In this document: positions 34,047-47,900 of the stretch, in pieces | Layout: every line of letters starts with the position of its first letter | Position numbering within the stretch: position 1 is the first letter of the stretch | Source: Octopus vulgaris | Taxonomy: Eukaryota | Direction of reading: 5' to 3' | Assembly: GCA_951406725.2 (NCBI GenBank) | Contig: OX597819.1 | Location: 114,328,001 to 114,392,000 of the forward strand | DNA length: 64,000 nucleotides | Position numbers and translations under genes: made by a program | Notes under the pieces: model-generated | What the model was told of the DNA's origin: nothing | What the model saw: only the letters and a program-made list of their open reading frames with translations | Databases searched by the model: none

Positions 34047-37000
34047 TTAATACAATAAGTACCAGTAATATACTGGATCCGGTCTAGTTCATCACACTGT
34101 CTTTCCTACAAATTGGTATTACTAAGAACAGGTGAATCTTTAGTAGCATCTAGTCCATTATATTAGATACCAGTAAAATACAAACAAGTTATACACTGCA
34201 GTTGATTCAGTTGACTATACACTCTACTTTGTCATGAAAAATCCAACTGTTGTAATACAGGGGCAGATTTGTTGAGCCCAGTCTAGGAGTCATTTCAATT
34301 CAGTTGGAAATACTTCAATTACATTGCTAATTAATGTCTTTGGGAAACATATTAATGTTGAGGCAACACATGGCAATCTTTCTGAAGTTGGGGTTTCATA
34401 TTAATATGGGAAACTATCAGCATTGTCTGGAGGTTGGCTGATAAATTTCTGAAAGAGTTTTCATTCATCTGGGATGCTTAAAACATCTTAAGGTGCCACT
34501 ATTAGTATTTAGGAATGCAATAAATTAGTGCTATTGACAGCATCAACCTATAATGGGTTGCATTATGTCTATGTTTCTGAGTATGTGGTTGCATGTGAGT
34601 TCATACTGGAATGTGTGAATGGAGATATGTGCTTATAGATATATGTGTGTGTGTGTTTTCATAGATATATAATAAGCATTCAATAAATAAGGCAATATTT
34701 AAACATTGTGATGAAGTTAAGTGCTATCTTATTTAATGCATACGTGGGTGTACACTTAAATGTTTGTGCACACATGTCTGATAATCTATGTACACTTGCT
34801 TCTAACTAAGCACATAACTGTACCTTTATATATACACACATATATGAAGAAATTGAACGAAAGGTTATTTCATATATAATTCAATTAACCCCTTGATCTG
34901 AGAAGATTAAACTATCACAGAGGACACACAGATAGTTTGATCTAGGAACCTCTCTGGACAAAATATGAAGTTTAACTGAAACCATAGCAACCAAAGTAAG
35001 AAGAAAATACTTTGTAATTAATAGTATTTCTTCTCATAGAGACAAAATCATTGTTGCCTGCTATTTGATAGTGATCGCTTCGGATACTAGTTTATCTATA
35101 TATGTTTGTCTCTTTTTGTCTATATGCACATTTTCATGCATAATTTAAATTACACATATTTACATACATAAGTGATAGACAAGTATCTGAAGCAATCAAT
35201 ATTTTAGATATCTTACTGGTTAAAATCAATAACCAGAAAAATATTGCATAATCTTGATAACAGCAAAATTAATAAATGATTAAAACTGGAAGATAATATT
35301 GTAAAAAATCAAGAAATATTTAACAGAGAATGGCTAAAAATATAATTTCCCAATATTTCTTCAAAATTTCCATACTTTCATCAGTTTTAATCCGATTTTA
35401 AAAGACCTTTCCAAAAGAAAAATTACAGAAGGGAACCTTTTTGTACCCTGTTTCTTAAAGTATATTTTCTTCTGGTAAATATCTTTTGAGAACAAGGTAA
35501 TTGTGTAGAAGAGTGTATCTAGGAATTTCTGGCATTGTTAAACAAATCAGCACAAAGGATGAGACAGAAGGGAAGGAGTGAGGGAGCATAAGAGAGAGAA
35601 AGCCCAGAGAAAGTTAAACAAGCCAAGACCTTAAACAAGAGAGATAACCTTGCTACACAAACACTGTGGGCAACCTGTTGCAGGAACAAAGTCTGCTGTC
35701 TTCCTGCAACGGTCACTTCTCGTAGCAGGATTCAACATTGATTTGAAAGAACAAGTCATTGTTTCAGACCAGGTTTAAACAAACAATTCAATTGATGCAC
35801 CTGGTGTATGTTGTGTAATGTATGGTTTCAGAGAAACTCTTATAGAGATATTTCAAACAAATATCTAAGAGAGGAAAGCAATAAAGAGGGAGGAAGTGGA
35901 GAAAGGAATATGCAAATGAGAGGGAGAAAACAAAAATGAAAAAAAATGAGAGGTTTTTAGGATAAACATATAGAAGTTTATCTTGGGGTAGAAAAAGGGT
36001 TAATTTTTTAAAATCATTATTTCCAATTAATTCAACTATGAAAGCCATCATGTTTTAATTTTGGATTTAGTCATTTCACTTCTTGCATTGCTGATGTCCT
36101 CCAGAAACTTATGACCTGTTTTCTATAAACTGAAAATCTTACACCTGTCTTTGTAGACAACCAATATTCTTTCTAATATTGGCACATGACCATCAAACTT
36201 CAAGAGAGGGGCTAGTTAATTACATTGATCCCACTTGACAGGTATTTTATTTCATTGACCTTGAAAGGATAAAAAGCAAAGCTGACCTCAGCAGGATTTG
36301 AACTCAGAATGTAAAGAGTTGGAAGAAATGCTGCTGAGCATTTTGTACCATGTACTAATAATTCTGCCAGCTTGCTGCCTTTGTAGGCTACTAATATTGC
36401 TTCTGAGAAAGGCATGAATGTAACACTTTCTCAGCTTTTCCCTATAAATCTAAATACTTATATCTACAAAGGTAGCTAATATTTCTTAGCAGATATCCAT
36501 CATCATCATCATCATCGTTTAACGTCCGTTTTCCATGCTAGCATGGGTTGGACGGTTCAACTGGGGTCTGGGAAGCCAGGAGGCTGTGCCAGGCCCAGTC
36601 TGATCTGGCAATGTTTCTACAGCTGAATGCCCTTCCTAACGCCAACCACTCTAAGAGTGTAGTGGGTGCTTTTTATGTGCCACCTGCACAGGTGCCAGAC
36701 GAGGCTGGCAAACGGCCACGATCGGATGGTGCTTTTTACGTGCCACTGGCACGGGGGCCAGACGAGGCTAGCAAGCTCCAGCTGGGATACAAAGTTGAGC
36801 TGTAGACTGTTCACTACGAGCTTATCTCAACTATATGACATAGTAACTATTATTGATATCATTATTATTATTAAAAGTTTTCACATAAGACTAGAGGCGC
36901 AGGTTAGTTGATGCCATCAACTCCAGTACTTGACTGATACTGTATTGATAAAGTATCAGTCCCAAATGGATAAAAGGCTAAGTTGATTTTGGTAGGATTT

Positions 37001-40000
37001 GAATAGAGAATGTAAAAGACTCAGAACAAGGACTGCAAGGTATTTTCTTCCCAAGTTCTATTGATTCTGACAATCTACTGCCCTAAAAATGATAACAATA
37101 ATTATTATTTCAAAGAAAATAAGGACGTCTAATTGAGGTGCAAGGCCAGCAATTTGAAGAAAGGTGGTTAAGTCTGACATACAAATTGTGGCCGAGTGAT
37201 TTCTTATTTTATCATTCCTGGAGAGATGAAAGGCAAAGTTGATCTTGGCAGGATTTGAACTCAGAACTTGAGGGCTGGAACAAATATTGCAAGTATTTTT
37301 TCTGATGCTTTAACAATTTTGCCAATCCACCCTTAACAACAATAATAAAAATAATAATTTTAAATATTGGCACAAGGTTTTGGTGTGATGGAACAAGGTT
37401 GATTAAACTGACCCCAGTACATGACTGGTACTAATTTTATTGAACACAGAAAGAGGAAAGACAAATTTGACCTCACCGGGATTTGAACTCAGAATGTAAT
37501 GGAATGCAACCAAATAAAGCAAGTCATTCACATTACCAATACTGCCAATCCATCTCTCTTTGATAATAACATCTTAGGCACAAGAAAATAGTTCTAGGGT
37601 GGGTTGTAACAATGAAGCTGTGAGACCCAGACCTCTTACAAAGCTCAATGGCATTAGAGTACAAATGAATTTGGTTTCAATTTAGAATTGAAACTGCCTT
37701 GCAGAAAATGTAAACAGTTCATTATATATTTTAAAATATAAATTGTAAGACTTGAAAAAATAAAATTAAAAAATGTCCCCTACCTCCTTGCAAAATGTTA
37801 TGACTTCTTTAGTTTCGTTTCCTTATCGATAGGAAAGGTTTTCATCATCTGACTGCTCATTGAATTAATTATTAATCACATGTGGTGCATGATTTTTTTA
37901 AAAACAAATCTGTCTTTGCCTTTGCCCCTCATTTCAGAGGAATATAAATACATACACATATAGCTATACATATTAGCATTATATATATATATATACATAT
38001 ATACATACATACAAACACATATACATGCATACATACTTACATACGTGTGTGTGTATATATATATATGCATACATATATGCACATGTGTGTATGAATACAG
38101 AACATGGTGGAAGGTGAATGGTGACAGTGTGCAAACAATTTCAGTTAGTTTAGTTAGAAATATTTGTAAATGTTAATGAAACAACAATAACATTAACAGT
38201 GATTATAAACTGTTGAATGAGAAACAAAACAACAGAAAATAAAAAAATAAACATAGCATGAGGTTTAAAAAAATACTAATAAAAGCAAACAAATTCTTAA
38301 AAAATTAGAAAATTATAACAACAACATAACCTTTGATATTTTTGTAGACCTTCAACATTTTTTGAAAATTATGAACATCTTTGCTAAGCCTGAATATTTC
38401 TTAACAAAGATCTCAGGTTTCAAAGATGTATCTTATCCTTGATTTAAGAAAGGAAGCTCTTGACATTATTTCTGCATAATAATAAATCTTTCTACTAAAG
38501 GCACAGGGCCTGAAATTTTTGTGGGAGGGAGTTAGTCGACAGTATCAACCCCAGTGTTTGACTGGTACTTATTTTATCGACCCTGAAAAGATGAAAGGCA
38601 AAGTTAACCTGGGTGGAGTTTAAATTCAGAAAAGAAAGACAGACAAAATCCTGCTAAGAATTTTGGCCAGCATGCTAATGTTAATAAATTCCTAGTATAG
38701 GCGCAATGCCACAAAATTATGAGAGAAAATAGTCAATTAAATCAACCCCAACATTAGAGAGAAAATGTATTTAATTGACTGCTGAAGTATAAAAGATAAA
38801 GTTGATATCAATGTTATTTGATCTCAGAACATAATGATTTCTAACAATAGCGCAATACCTCAAATTTTGGTGATTGTATGAAGTTGGTATTATCAACTTT
38901 AGTAAAACTTGAAGTAAAAAAACACAAAAAAAAAAAAACACAGAGGAACAAAACTAAGCACTGAAAGATATTTATTCCAGTACGGTTTGGTTTCTTTCCT
39001 CAATCATTCATACAAGGGAAAAGAGAAGAAAGATATTTTGAAAGATGAGACATTTGAAAAAGACAAAAATTTTTAACTGTCTTACATCCACTTATCCAAA
39101 CTTGCATGGGTGGGTGGAGTGTTTTGGTAGAGTAATGGTTTTTACAGTTGGATGCGTTTCTTCCTACCACAGGCCACTCGTCTGTAAAGTAGCAATTAGA
39201 AGCTGTCCTTTATTCAGTCAGGATAACTGGAGTGAAGGAAGCACAATTCTGTCTGTTCTGGTTCTGTTGTTTGGAGGTACAACACAGTGACAGTATCTAG
39301 ATTTGAACTTATAGCCATGTGGTTACTAGATGTATTTCACATTACCTGTTTGGGATAAACTCTGCAGGTATGGTCACATTGGAACCACCAGTAACTGAAT
39401 GTCTGGTTCAAGAGCTTATGTAGTATGCATTTGTCTTGTTCAATGTTCATGCATTGCTAATGTGTGAGGTTTTGTTGGTCAGCCATTATCACATGCAGGA
39501 TGGTTCCTGCTATTAGCTGAGCCTCGGCCTACCCTTTGGCAAGGAAGAGCAGGTAGTCTTCCATTGTCAGGTAGTTATGACAAAGGAGATTATATGGTGG
39601 ATGTGATCTGAATGTTTAAGGAGTGAACTTTTCATCTCAAGCCAAACCCTCAATCAACTTCTTTAAGTAAAAACTGAGGGTGTAGGTGAAAATAGAGAGG
39701 GAAGTGTTGCTGCCTAATAAATTTTATAAAAGGTGAGAGTGACAAAAACACCATGGCTAATTGGATCCATGTTAACTTAACAACTTGGCTAGTGGCAAGA
39801 ACTGGGAGAAGGCACTTGCCTTTGGCAAGTAATTCAGGATTGTGTGTAGGGTGCTCTGAGTCACTTCATGTGTTTACCCCAATCTACACTGGTTTTTGTT
39901 CTCTATTGTAAGTGCTATCTGTTATTAGCTATCCATTGATTAGTATTTTACTAAGCCTAGAGTTGATCCTGATAGAATTTGAGCATTCAGTGTGGCTTTC

Positions 40001-40079
40001 TACTGTTTTTGCCATTCCACTACCTTAATAATGACAGAAAAAAAAGGGGTTTATTTTATTTTATTTTTATGTTAACAAT

Positions 40080-41985
40080 GATTGTGTCTAGGCACAAAGC
40101 CAACAATTTTGAGGAGTAAATACTACTGGCCCCAATACTTGGCTGACTTTTATTTTATCAACCCTGGAGGAATGAAAGGCAAATTTGACCTCAGCAGGAT
40201 TTGAACCCAGATCATTGATCCCAGTACCTGACTGGGACTTTATTTTAATTGATCTTGAAAAAAATGAAAGGCAATGTGAACTTTAGTGGGAACCAGAACA
40301 ATTATTACAAGATATTTTACCTGATACTCTACTGATCCACTGCCCCTAATAATAACTACTTCTAATTTGGGCACAAGATCAATAATTTTGGGGAAGGGGA
40401 TTTGTTGATATCACTAACTCCCAGAATTTGACCGGTACTTTATTATATTGACCCTGGAAGAATGAAAGGCAAAATTTTACATCAGTGAGGTTTGAACTCT
40501 GAACATAAAGAGCCAGAACAAATATCATGTGTTGTCTGATGCTCTAATGATGATGATGATGACGACGATGATGATGAGTCACACACTCAGATACACAGAA
40601 AATTTAATGAGCAAGACATTTAAAATATGATATTAAATTCAGAGAAAAATATACAAAAACAATTACAAACAAAAAAATTAAATAAATTAAAAAAAATAAG
40701 TGTTTTATGAATGTCTTTTTTTGTTTCTGTGTATTGTTATTTGTTAATGTTGTTTGTCCTTGCGAAATGAGAAATTGCGAAATATGCCAGGTTTCTTTTG
40801 ATGGTTGGAATCAGGTTTACCGTGTACCAGTTCTACTTCAAGTTCTATGTTGTTGTTTAGCGTCAACCATTTACGGACTGTACCACTTTCATTTTCTGCA
40901 ATGAGAATGATGATAATAATAATGATTTCAAATTTTTGCTACGAGAGTAGCTTGTGGGGGTGGATTCAGTTGATTACATCGATCCTAGTCTTTCACTGGT
41001 AGTTAATTTATTGACCCTGAAAGGATGAAAGGCAAAGTCGACCTTGGCGGAATTTGAACACAGAACATAGTGACAGATGAAATACTGTGAAGGATTTCAT
41101 CTAGCATGCTAATGATTCTGCCAGCTCACTGCCTTAATCTGAGTTCAAATTCTGTTGAGGTCGACTTTGCTTTTCACCCTTTTGGGGTCAATAAATTAAG
41201 TATCAGTTGCGTACTGGAGTCAATCTAATCAACTGGCCCCTTCTCCAAAAAGTTTGGGTCTTGTGCCTAGAGTAGAAAAGAATAATGATAATAATAATAA
41301 TAACAATAATGATGATTTCAAATCTTGGCAGAGGGCCAGCAGTTTTTTGATGTGAGGAGAAAGTTGATTACATCAATACCCTAGTACCTAACTGCTACTT
41401 ATTTTATCTACTCCGAAAGGATGAAAGGCAAAGTTGACCTCAGTGACATTTGAACTTCAAATGTTAGGATGGAAGAAATGCTGTTCAACATTCTGTCCAG
41501 TGTGCTAACAATTCGGCCAGCTCACCACCTTAACAACAACAACAATCCTTTATACTGTACGTACAAGGCCTGAAATTTGTTTTTGGTGGGGGAGGGCAAG
41601 TCAACTACACTGAGCTCAGGTACTTATTTTATCAACCCCAAAAGGATGAAAGGCAAAGTTGACCTTGGCGGAATTTGAACTCATAATGTGAAAATGGACA
41701 AAATACTGCTAATAATAATAATAATAATGGTTTCAAATTTTGCCACAAGGGCAGCCATTTATACTGCTAATAATAATCCTTTCTACTAAAGGCACAAGGC
41801 CTGAAATTTGGTGCAAGGGGACTAGTCAATTACATCGACCCCAGTGTTCAACTGGTACTTATTTTATCGACCCCGAAAGGATATAATTTAGACACAAGGC
41901 TATAATTAGAGGCAAGGGGTAGTTGATTAAATCCAATACTTAATTGGTAATTTACTTTTTTTTTTACCCCAGAAGGATGAACATG
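40080..41985 (-). mobile_element. Dense cluster of SINE copies and fragments flanking the terminal exon of the C2 gene
   Basis: Repeated ggtactta..ttt.atcgacccc..aaggatgaaaggcaaagt.gacct..gg..ga.tttgaactcaga units separated by (aat)n/(gat)n. One plus-strand copy at ~41138-41282. Confidence 0.8.
40744..40895 (-). CDS. C2-domain gene last coding exon: ENESGTVRKWLTLNNNIELEVELVHGKPDSNHQKKPGIFRNFSFRKDKQH*
   Basis: ttgcag acceptor, phase 1, TAA at 40746-40744. Confidence 0.85.
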
Positions 41986-44900
41986 TCTGTTGAATGCTCA
42001 GCCACTTACACATTTAATTCAGTTGGTTAAACTGAATCCTCATTATTGAATGACAAAGATTCACCAATTAAATGCCCCAGCCTCCATTACTACCCCCAAT
42101 TTTAAATACTTTCACAAAGCTAACCAAATACTCAAAAACTTAACTTCACTTCAATATTTATTATTTGGTATCCTCACTTTTGTTGCACCCACTGCATGTT
42201 GATCACTGACACAGATCCACTTTCAGAAAATAAATTCTGAAAGGTTTTGATGTTCAAGTCATTCAAGAGCATTAATGTTATATGAGCAGAGTGAAATAGC
42301 TCCAACCAGGTATTAAAACTATACTTCTCTGAGAATATGCACTCATACCAGTAAGAAATATATTAAAGTAATTGAGAAAAAGAAGTGGGACAGTAAAGGG
42401 TATATGCATAGTATGTATAGACATTATGTCTTTCAAAACTTCCATGCTGCCTGAAATTTGCCAACAGTACACCTGATGCCCCCACCCCAATTTCTTCTCT
42501 TTTTTTAAAAAGACTTTTTCACTGTTCACTTCCTGTGCTTATTCTATGTACTATTCATGCAATTTTAGTTACTTTTTCTAAAATAATAATAATGAAATTA
42601 TTGTCTGTAGTGCTCAGGTGCACTACAACTCATCAAAGGTGCATGTATAGTACATAGAATTATGTAAAAAAGTCAGGAAAGTGAACAGTGTATGAGTCAT
42701 GATATACCTGTGTGCATGCATATGGAGGTGGGGGATATCAGGTGTAGTGTTGGCAAATTTCAGAAAGTATGGAGGTTTCAAAGGATACAATGTCTCGGCA
42801 GCTAACAACTGATGCAGGTGAAAATATGTGAAAATATGTGAAAATATGTTTCCTGAGAAAGATAGGGGTTCCAGACTGATGATGCAAAATTCCAAGTGTG
42901 GCTGCACCGTAGCCATATACAGCCTCAAATAGATAGCTGGAGAGCGGCTAAAAAAGGTCTTGCTGAGTGATGCTGAGACACCCTTGGCCTTCTTGACAAT
43001 TTTAAAGATATGCTTTATCCAGCGCAAATTGCTGCTGACAGTAATGCTCGGATCATGTTCACAAGAAGACTGCTTGATATTAGTGTTGTGTAGAGAGTAT
43101 GTGGATACTGGGGATTTTTCTCTCAAAATGCATGGTGGTACACTTGTCCAAAGCCAGCTTGAGTTGCCAGTCCATGATCCATTGTTGCATTGCATCCAGG
43201 TTTGATTGCAGGAAAGCTCTATAGTGTTCAGGATCTGTCCTTTTTATCTCAAGGTACATTTTGATGTCATCTGTATATTTCAGTCCTGTGGCATTCTTTA
43301 AGTTGGCATCTATGTCATTAATGTATGCAACAAACATGAGTTGTAGTGCACCTGAGTTCATTATTATCATTTTTAAGTTGAGAAGAATATGTACAGGGTT
43401 AACTAATCTCTCAGGGGTTCTTCACCGACTTCTAATGCTTCTCACACCAATTTAAAGTAACATTTATCAACTCACCTCCCAATAATTCTCGTATAGTGAA
43501 AGCTTTTGAAGCCAGATGTTCTTTGGTTGCTTTCTTCATATCAAAAACAAGCAATGCTTCTGCAGAGACACCAGCTCCTCGGTCAACCTGAAGAAGAAAA
43601 AATAGACTAAGGTGACCAGACTAAAGGGACATTATAATGGCAGACTGCTGATTGAATCCATAAGAAAAAAATAAAATAAACAGAAAACAATACAGAACAA
43701 CGCCTCAAAAAAATCCAATCTATTTAATAACAATAATGATGATGATGATTATTATTATTATTATGAAAAATAATTAATTATAAATAAATTATTGAAAAAA
43801 GAAAACCTTATATTAAATTGAAACAAATCTTTAAACAAGATGTTGAGATTATTTTAATTCTAAATGTCTTTCACCTACAGCTTTTTATGTTTCAAGTTCA
43901 AATTCAACAAAGATAAACTTTGCATTCTATCATTCTGGGATCAATAAAATACCAGGCATGCACTGAAATTCATTTATATTCCTATAATGTGAAGCCCAGA
44001 CAAGGAGACATGGCTCTGCATGGTTGAGGAGCTTGCTTCCCAACTATGTGTCTTAGGTTCACTCTCCTGTGCGGCTCGGTCTTCCACAGTGGCCTTGTAT
44101 GTGGATTTGGTAGATGGAAACTGAAAGAAGCCTATTGCATATGTGTATCTTTGTTTTGACATCATGTGATGATTGTAAATGGGCATCACTGTCACACAGG
44201 TGATGGAGTTTGTTTCCAACCAGCTGGTCATGCTTGGCATCAAGAAGGATCTCCAACCAAAAAAAATCTACCTTAAAAAAATTCTACCTGACCAATGCAA
44301 GCATGGAAAAGTGGATGCTGATGATGAATGATGCTGATATCTTTATATATAAAAGAGAGGGTGTGTGCTGTCTGTCTCCTACGATTTAGATTCCTAACTA
44401 CTCCCACATGTTGCGGTGCAGTTTAACCAAAACCGGGTATCTTATAGTCGTGATTCATATCGAGCCCTTCTGGGTATTAGCGTGCGTCTACGATGAGTCT
44501 ACGATTTAAAAAAAAATTTACCATCAATTTTCCCCATTTTTAATGCATTTTTGGCATATATAAGGGAAGTAACTCTCTAAAAATTTATTATTAAATCTCA
44601 GAACGTAAAAAGCTACAGTAACACCCCCTCCCCTTGTGGTTAGCCATATTGAGATGGCTATTACACTTTACATCTCTAAAAATGCCTATATAGTTATTTC
44701 CCTTTCAAACCCGAGCAACGCTGGGCGATACTGCTAGTTGTAGCTAAAATATAAATGGAACTATAAAAGAAGATTAAGAACACATGCTTCATATAATGTT
44801 TTTCCTTACTGCTAATACCTTAATATTATTTGTAATGGCTTGGTAATGTTTAAGATAAATCAATATAAGTTTGTTTATAAGAAAAGTTTTGGCATTGAGC

Positions 44901-47900
44901 TATCTTAAATAAACAAGGTTTCATCAATTTAATCTTGTTAGTTTATAGTTCGAGGTTTTAACAGAGATTTTAGTAAAAGAAACAAAAAAAACCCCACAGA
45001 AGGTATGTTGGTATGTTATGTTTAATGGCAATAGAGATAATCAGCTAATATTGTACATCACAGAGAGGATTTATGTTCGGATAGCACTTAAAAAGCTGAT
45101 GATGATGTGTGTGAGATGTAAATAAATGATGTGTGCTAATGGTGGAGGTACAAGTAGTAGAGGTAGACTCTCTCTTTATTCTTTTACTTGTTTCAGTCAT
45201 TTGACTGCGGCCATGCTGGAGCACTGTCTTTAGTCGAGCAAATCGACCCCAGGACTTATTCTTTGTAAGCCTAGTATTTATTCTATCGGTCTCTTTTGCC
45301 GAACTGCTAAGTTACGGAGATGTAAACACACCAGCATCGGTTGTCAAGCGATGATGAAGGGGGCAAATATAGATACACAAACACATACACACATGTACAT
45401 ATATATATATATACATATATACGATGGGCTTCTTTCAGTTTCCGTCAACCAAATCCACTCACAAGGCTTTGGTTGGCCCGAGGCTATAGTAGAAGACACT
45501 TGCCCAAGGTGCCACGCAGTGGGACTGAACCCGGAACCATGTGGTTGGTAAGCAAGCTACTTACCACACAGCCACTTCCGCGCAAAATGTTAGAAAGGGC
45601 AAAAGGGCAAAATGTTAGAAAGATTTATAGAAATTGTACTCAAGACCTGTTTAACTGATGATGAAAATGATGATGATTGGTTGAAATAGTTGTTGTTATT
45701 ATAATTGTTATTAGAACAATGAACTGGCAGAATTGTCAGTGTCTCAGAGAAAATGCTCAGCTGCATTTTTTCCAGCTCTTTACATTCAGAGTTCAAATTT
45801 TACCAGTGTCTTGATTAAATAAATACTAATGGAACATGGTGTTGATGTATTTAACTAGCCCACTCCCACAAAATTCCAGGCATTGTGCTTATAATAGAAA
45901 GAAGATATTTCATGGTTTAATTAGAAACAACTACAAAGTATTAAATAGCCATGAGTGTGTGTGTGTGTGTGTGTGTTATGTGTAGTTTCGTTCTCGATGG
46001 GTGATAGACAACTCAAATGAAGGCGTTGTTATTGTTTACGAGTTTATTTGCTTTACATGTTACACGAACTGTCAACATTCGGTGTAGTAATACATATATA
46101 CTTTAGACACAGTTCGTACTGTTTACTAACAAAATAGTGCCAAAAGTGGGGATGTATTCTACACACGTATACCTACGTATACACATAGATATCAATGTGT
46201 AACAGTGTGTGTGTGAATACCAAATAACATTTGTATTTATGTGAGTGTCTGGGCAAGTAGTGTTTGTTGGAATCTGTCTGTTGCCTTTCTCTCTCTCTCT
46301 ATAGCATACACGCCCACTTTTACTATTCTCTTTACACAGTATGACAAGATTGCTTATACAACAGGAATCTGTCATTAGCACTTTAATATAACAGATTATT
46401 ACTGATTTTGATGGCTGGCAAAATAGGTGGATTGTCAGTTGATATTACTTGGTGTAGTAATGACAACCATTCTAACAATAAGGATGTCCATAGTCACTAA
46501 CATGGAGGCCTTTATATGGTTTCTTGATCTGCTAGAAATAGTAGTCAAATTTCCCCTAAACCATGATCTGTCATCTTAAGAAAGGAAGAATGTATTGAAT
46601 TATATAATTCTAGATACACAAAGTTTAGTAAACAAAGATGAGTTGTACATGATCAGAATGCTTTTGTTCACAGGTCTATTTGATCAGTGCTGTATGCACA
46701 AGGCCTGGAATATTAAGGAAGGGGTAGTCAATAACATTGACCCCAGTATGCAATTGGTACTTATTTTGTGGACCCCCAAAAAATGAAGGGTAAAGCTGAC
46801 TTCAACAGAATTTGAACTCAGAATGTAAAGACTGGAAAACTACTAAGCATTTTGTCTGGTATCCTAAGAATTCTGTTGGCTCGCCACCTTATCAAGTTAT
46901 ATCATCATCATCATCATCATCATTTAGCGTCCGTTTTCCATGCTAGCATGGGTTGGACGGTTCAACTGGGGTCTGTGAAGCCGGAAGGCTGCATCAGGCC
47001 CAGTCAGATCTGGTAGTGTTTCTACGGCTGGATGCCCTTCCTAACGCCAACCACTCTGTGAGTGTAGTGGGTGCTTTTTACTTGCTACCCGCACAGGTGC
47101 CAGACGGAGCTGGCAAACGGCCACGAGCGGATGGTGCTTTTACGTGCCACCGGCATGGGGGCCAGGCGAGGCTGGCAACGGACATGAACGGATGGTGCTT
47201 TTACGTGCCTAATAATAATAATAATAATAACAAAACAAAATATCAGACTTACTTCAAAGTTCAAGTTGAACTGAGGTTCAAGCTGGGCTTTAACAGTGGT
47301 GGAACGGCCAAGAATCCTCCCGCTTGATCGTAATTTAGTTCGCGCATTTGAGAGATGGTTCCTGCAGAGAATAGAAGTGTACAAGAAATTACTCGTGAAG
47401 ATAATGATAATGGTTTCTTACAGTAGCACATTAAGGAAAGGGCATAATCAAATCAACAGCAATATTTGACTGGTACATATTTTATTCCCTACCTAACTGG
47501 GTAGGATGAAATACAAAGTAGAGTCCAGCAAAATTTGAACTCAGAACATAAAGTAGTATAACTGCATACTTCTTTTCTACTCTAGACACAAGACCTGAAA
47601 TTTTTGAGGGAGGGGGCTAGTTGATTAGATAGACCCTAGTACGCAACTGGTACTTAATTTATCGACCCCCAAAAGGATGAAAAGCAAAGTCGACCTTGGT
47701 GGAATTTGAACTCAGAACATAATGACAGACGAAATACCGCTAAGCATTTCGCCCAGCATGCTAACATTTCTACCAGCCTGCCGCCTTCACTACATACTGT
47801 AATATATATTTCTAACTTTGGTACAGTACTAGCTTATGAGATATGGGATGTCAGGAAGGAATAGTACTTTTTGTAGAGTTTGACCGATTGCTCTTCACAA

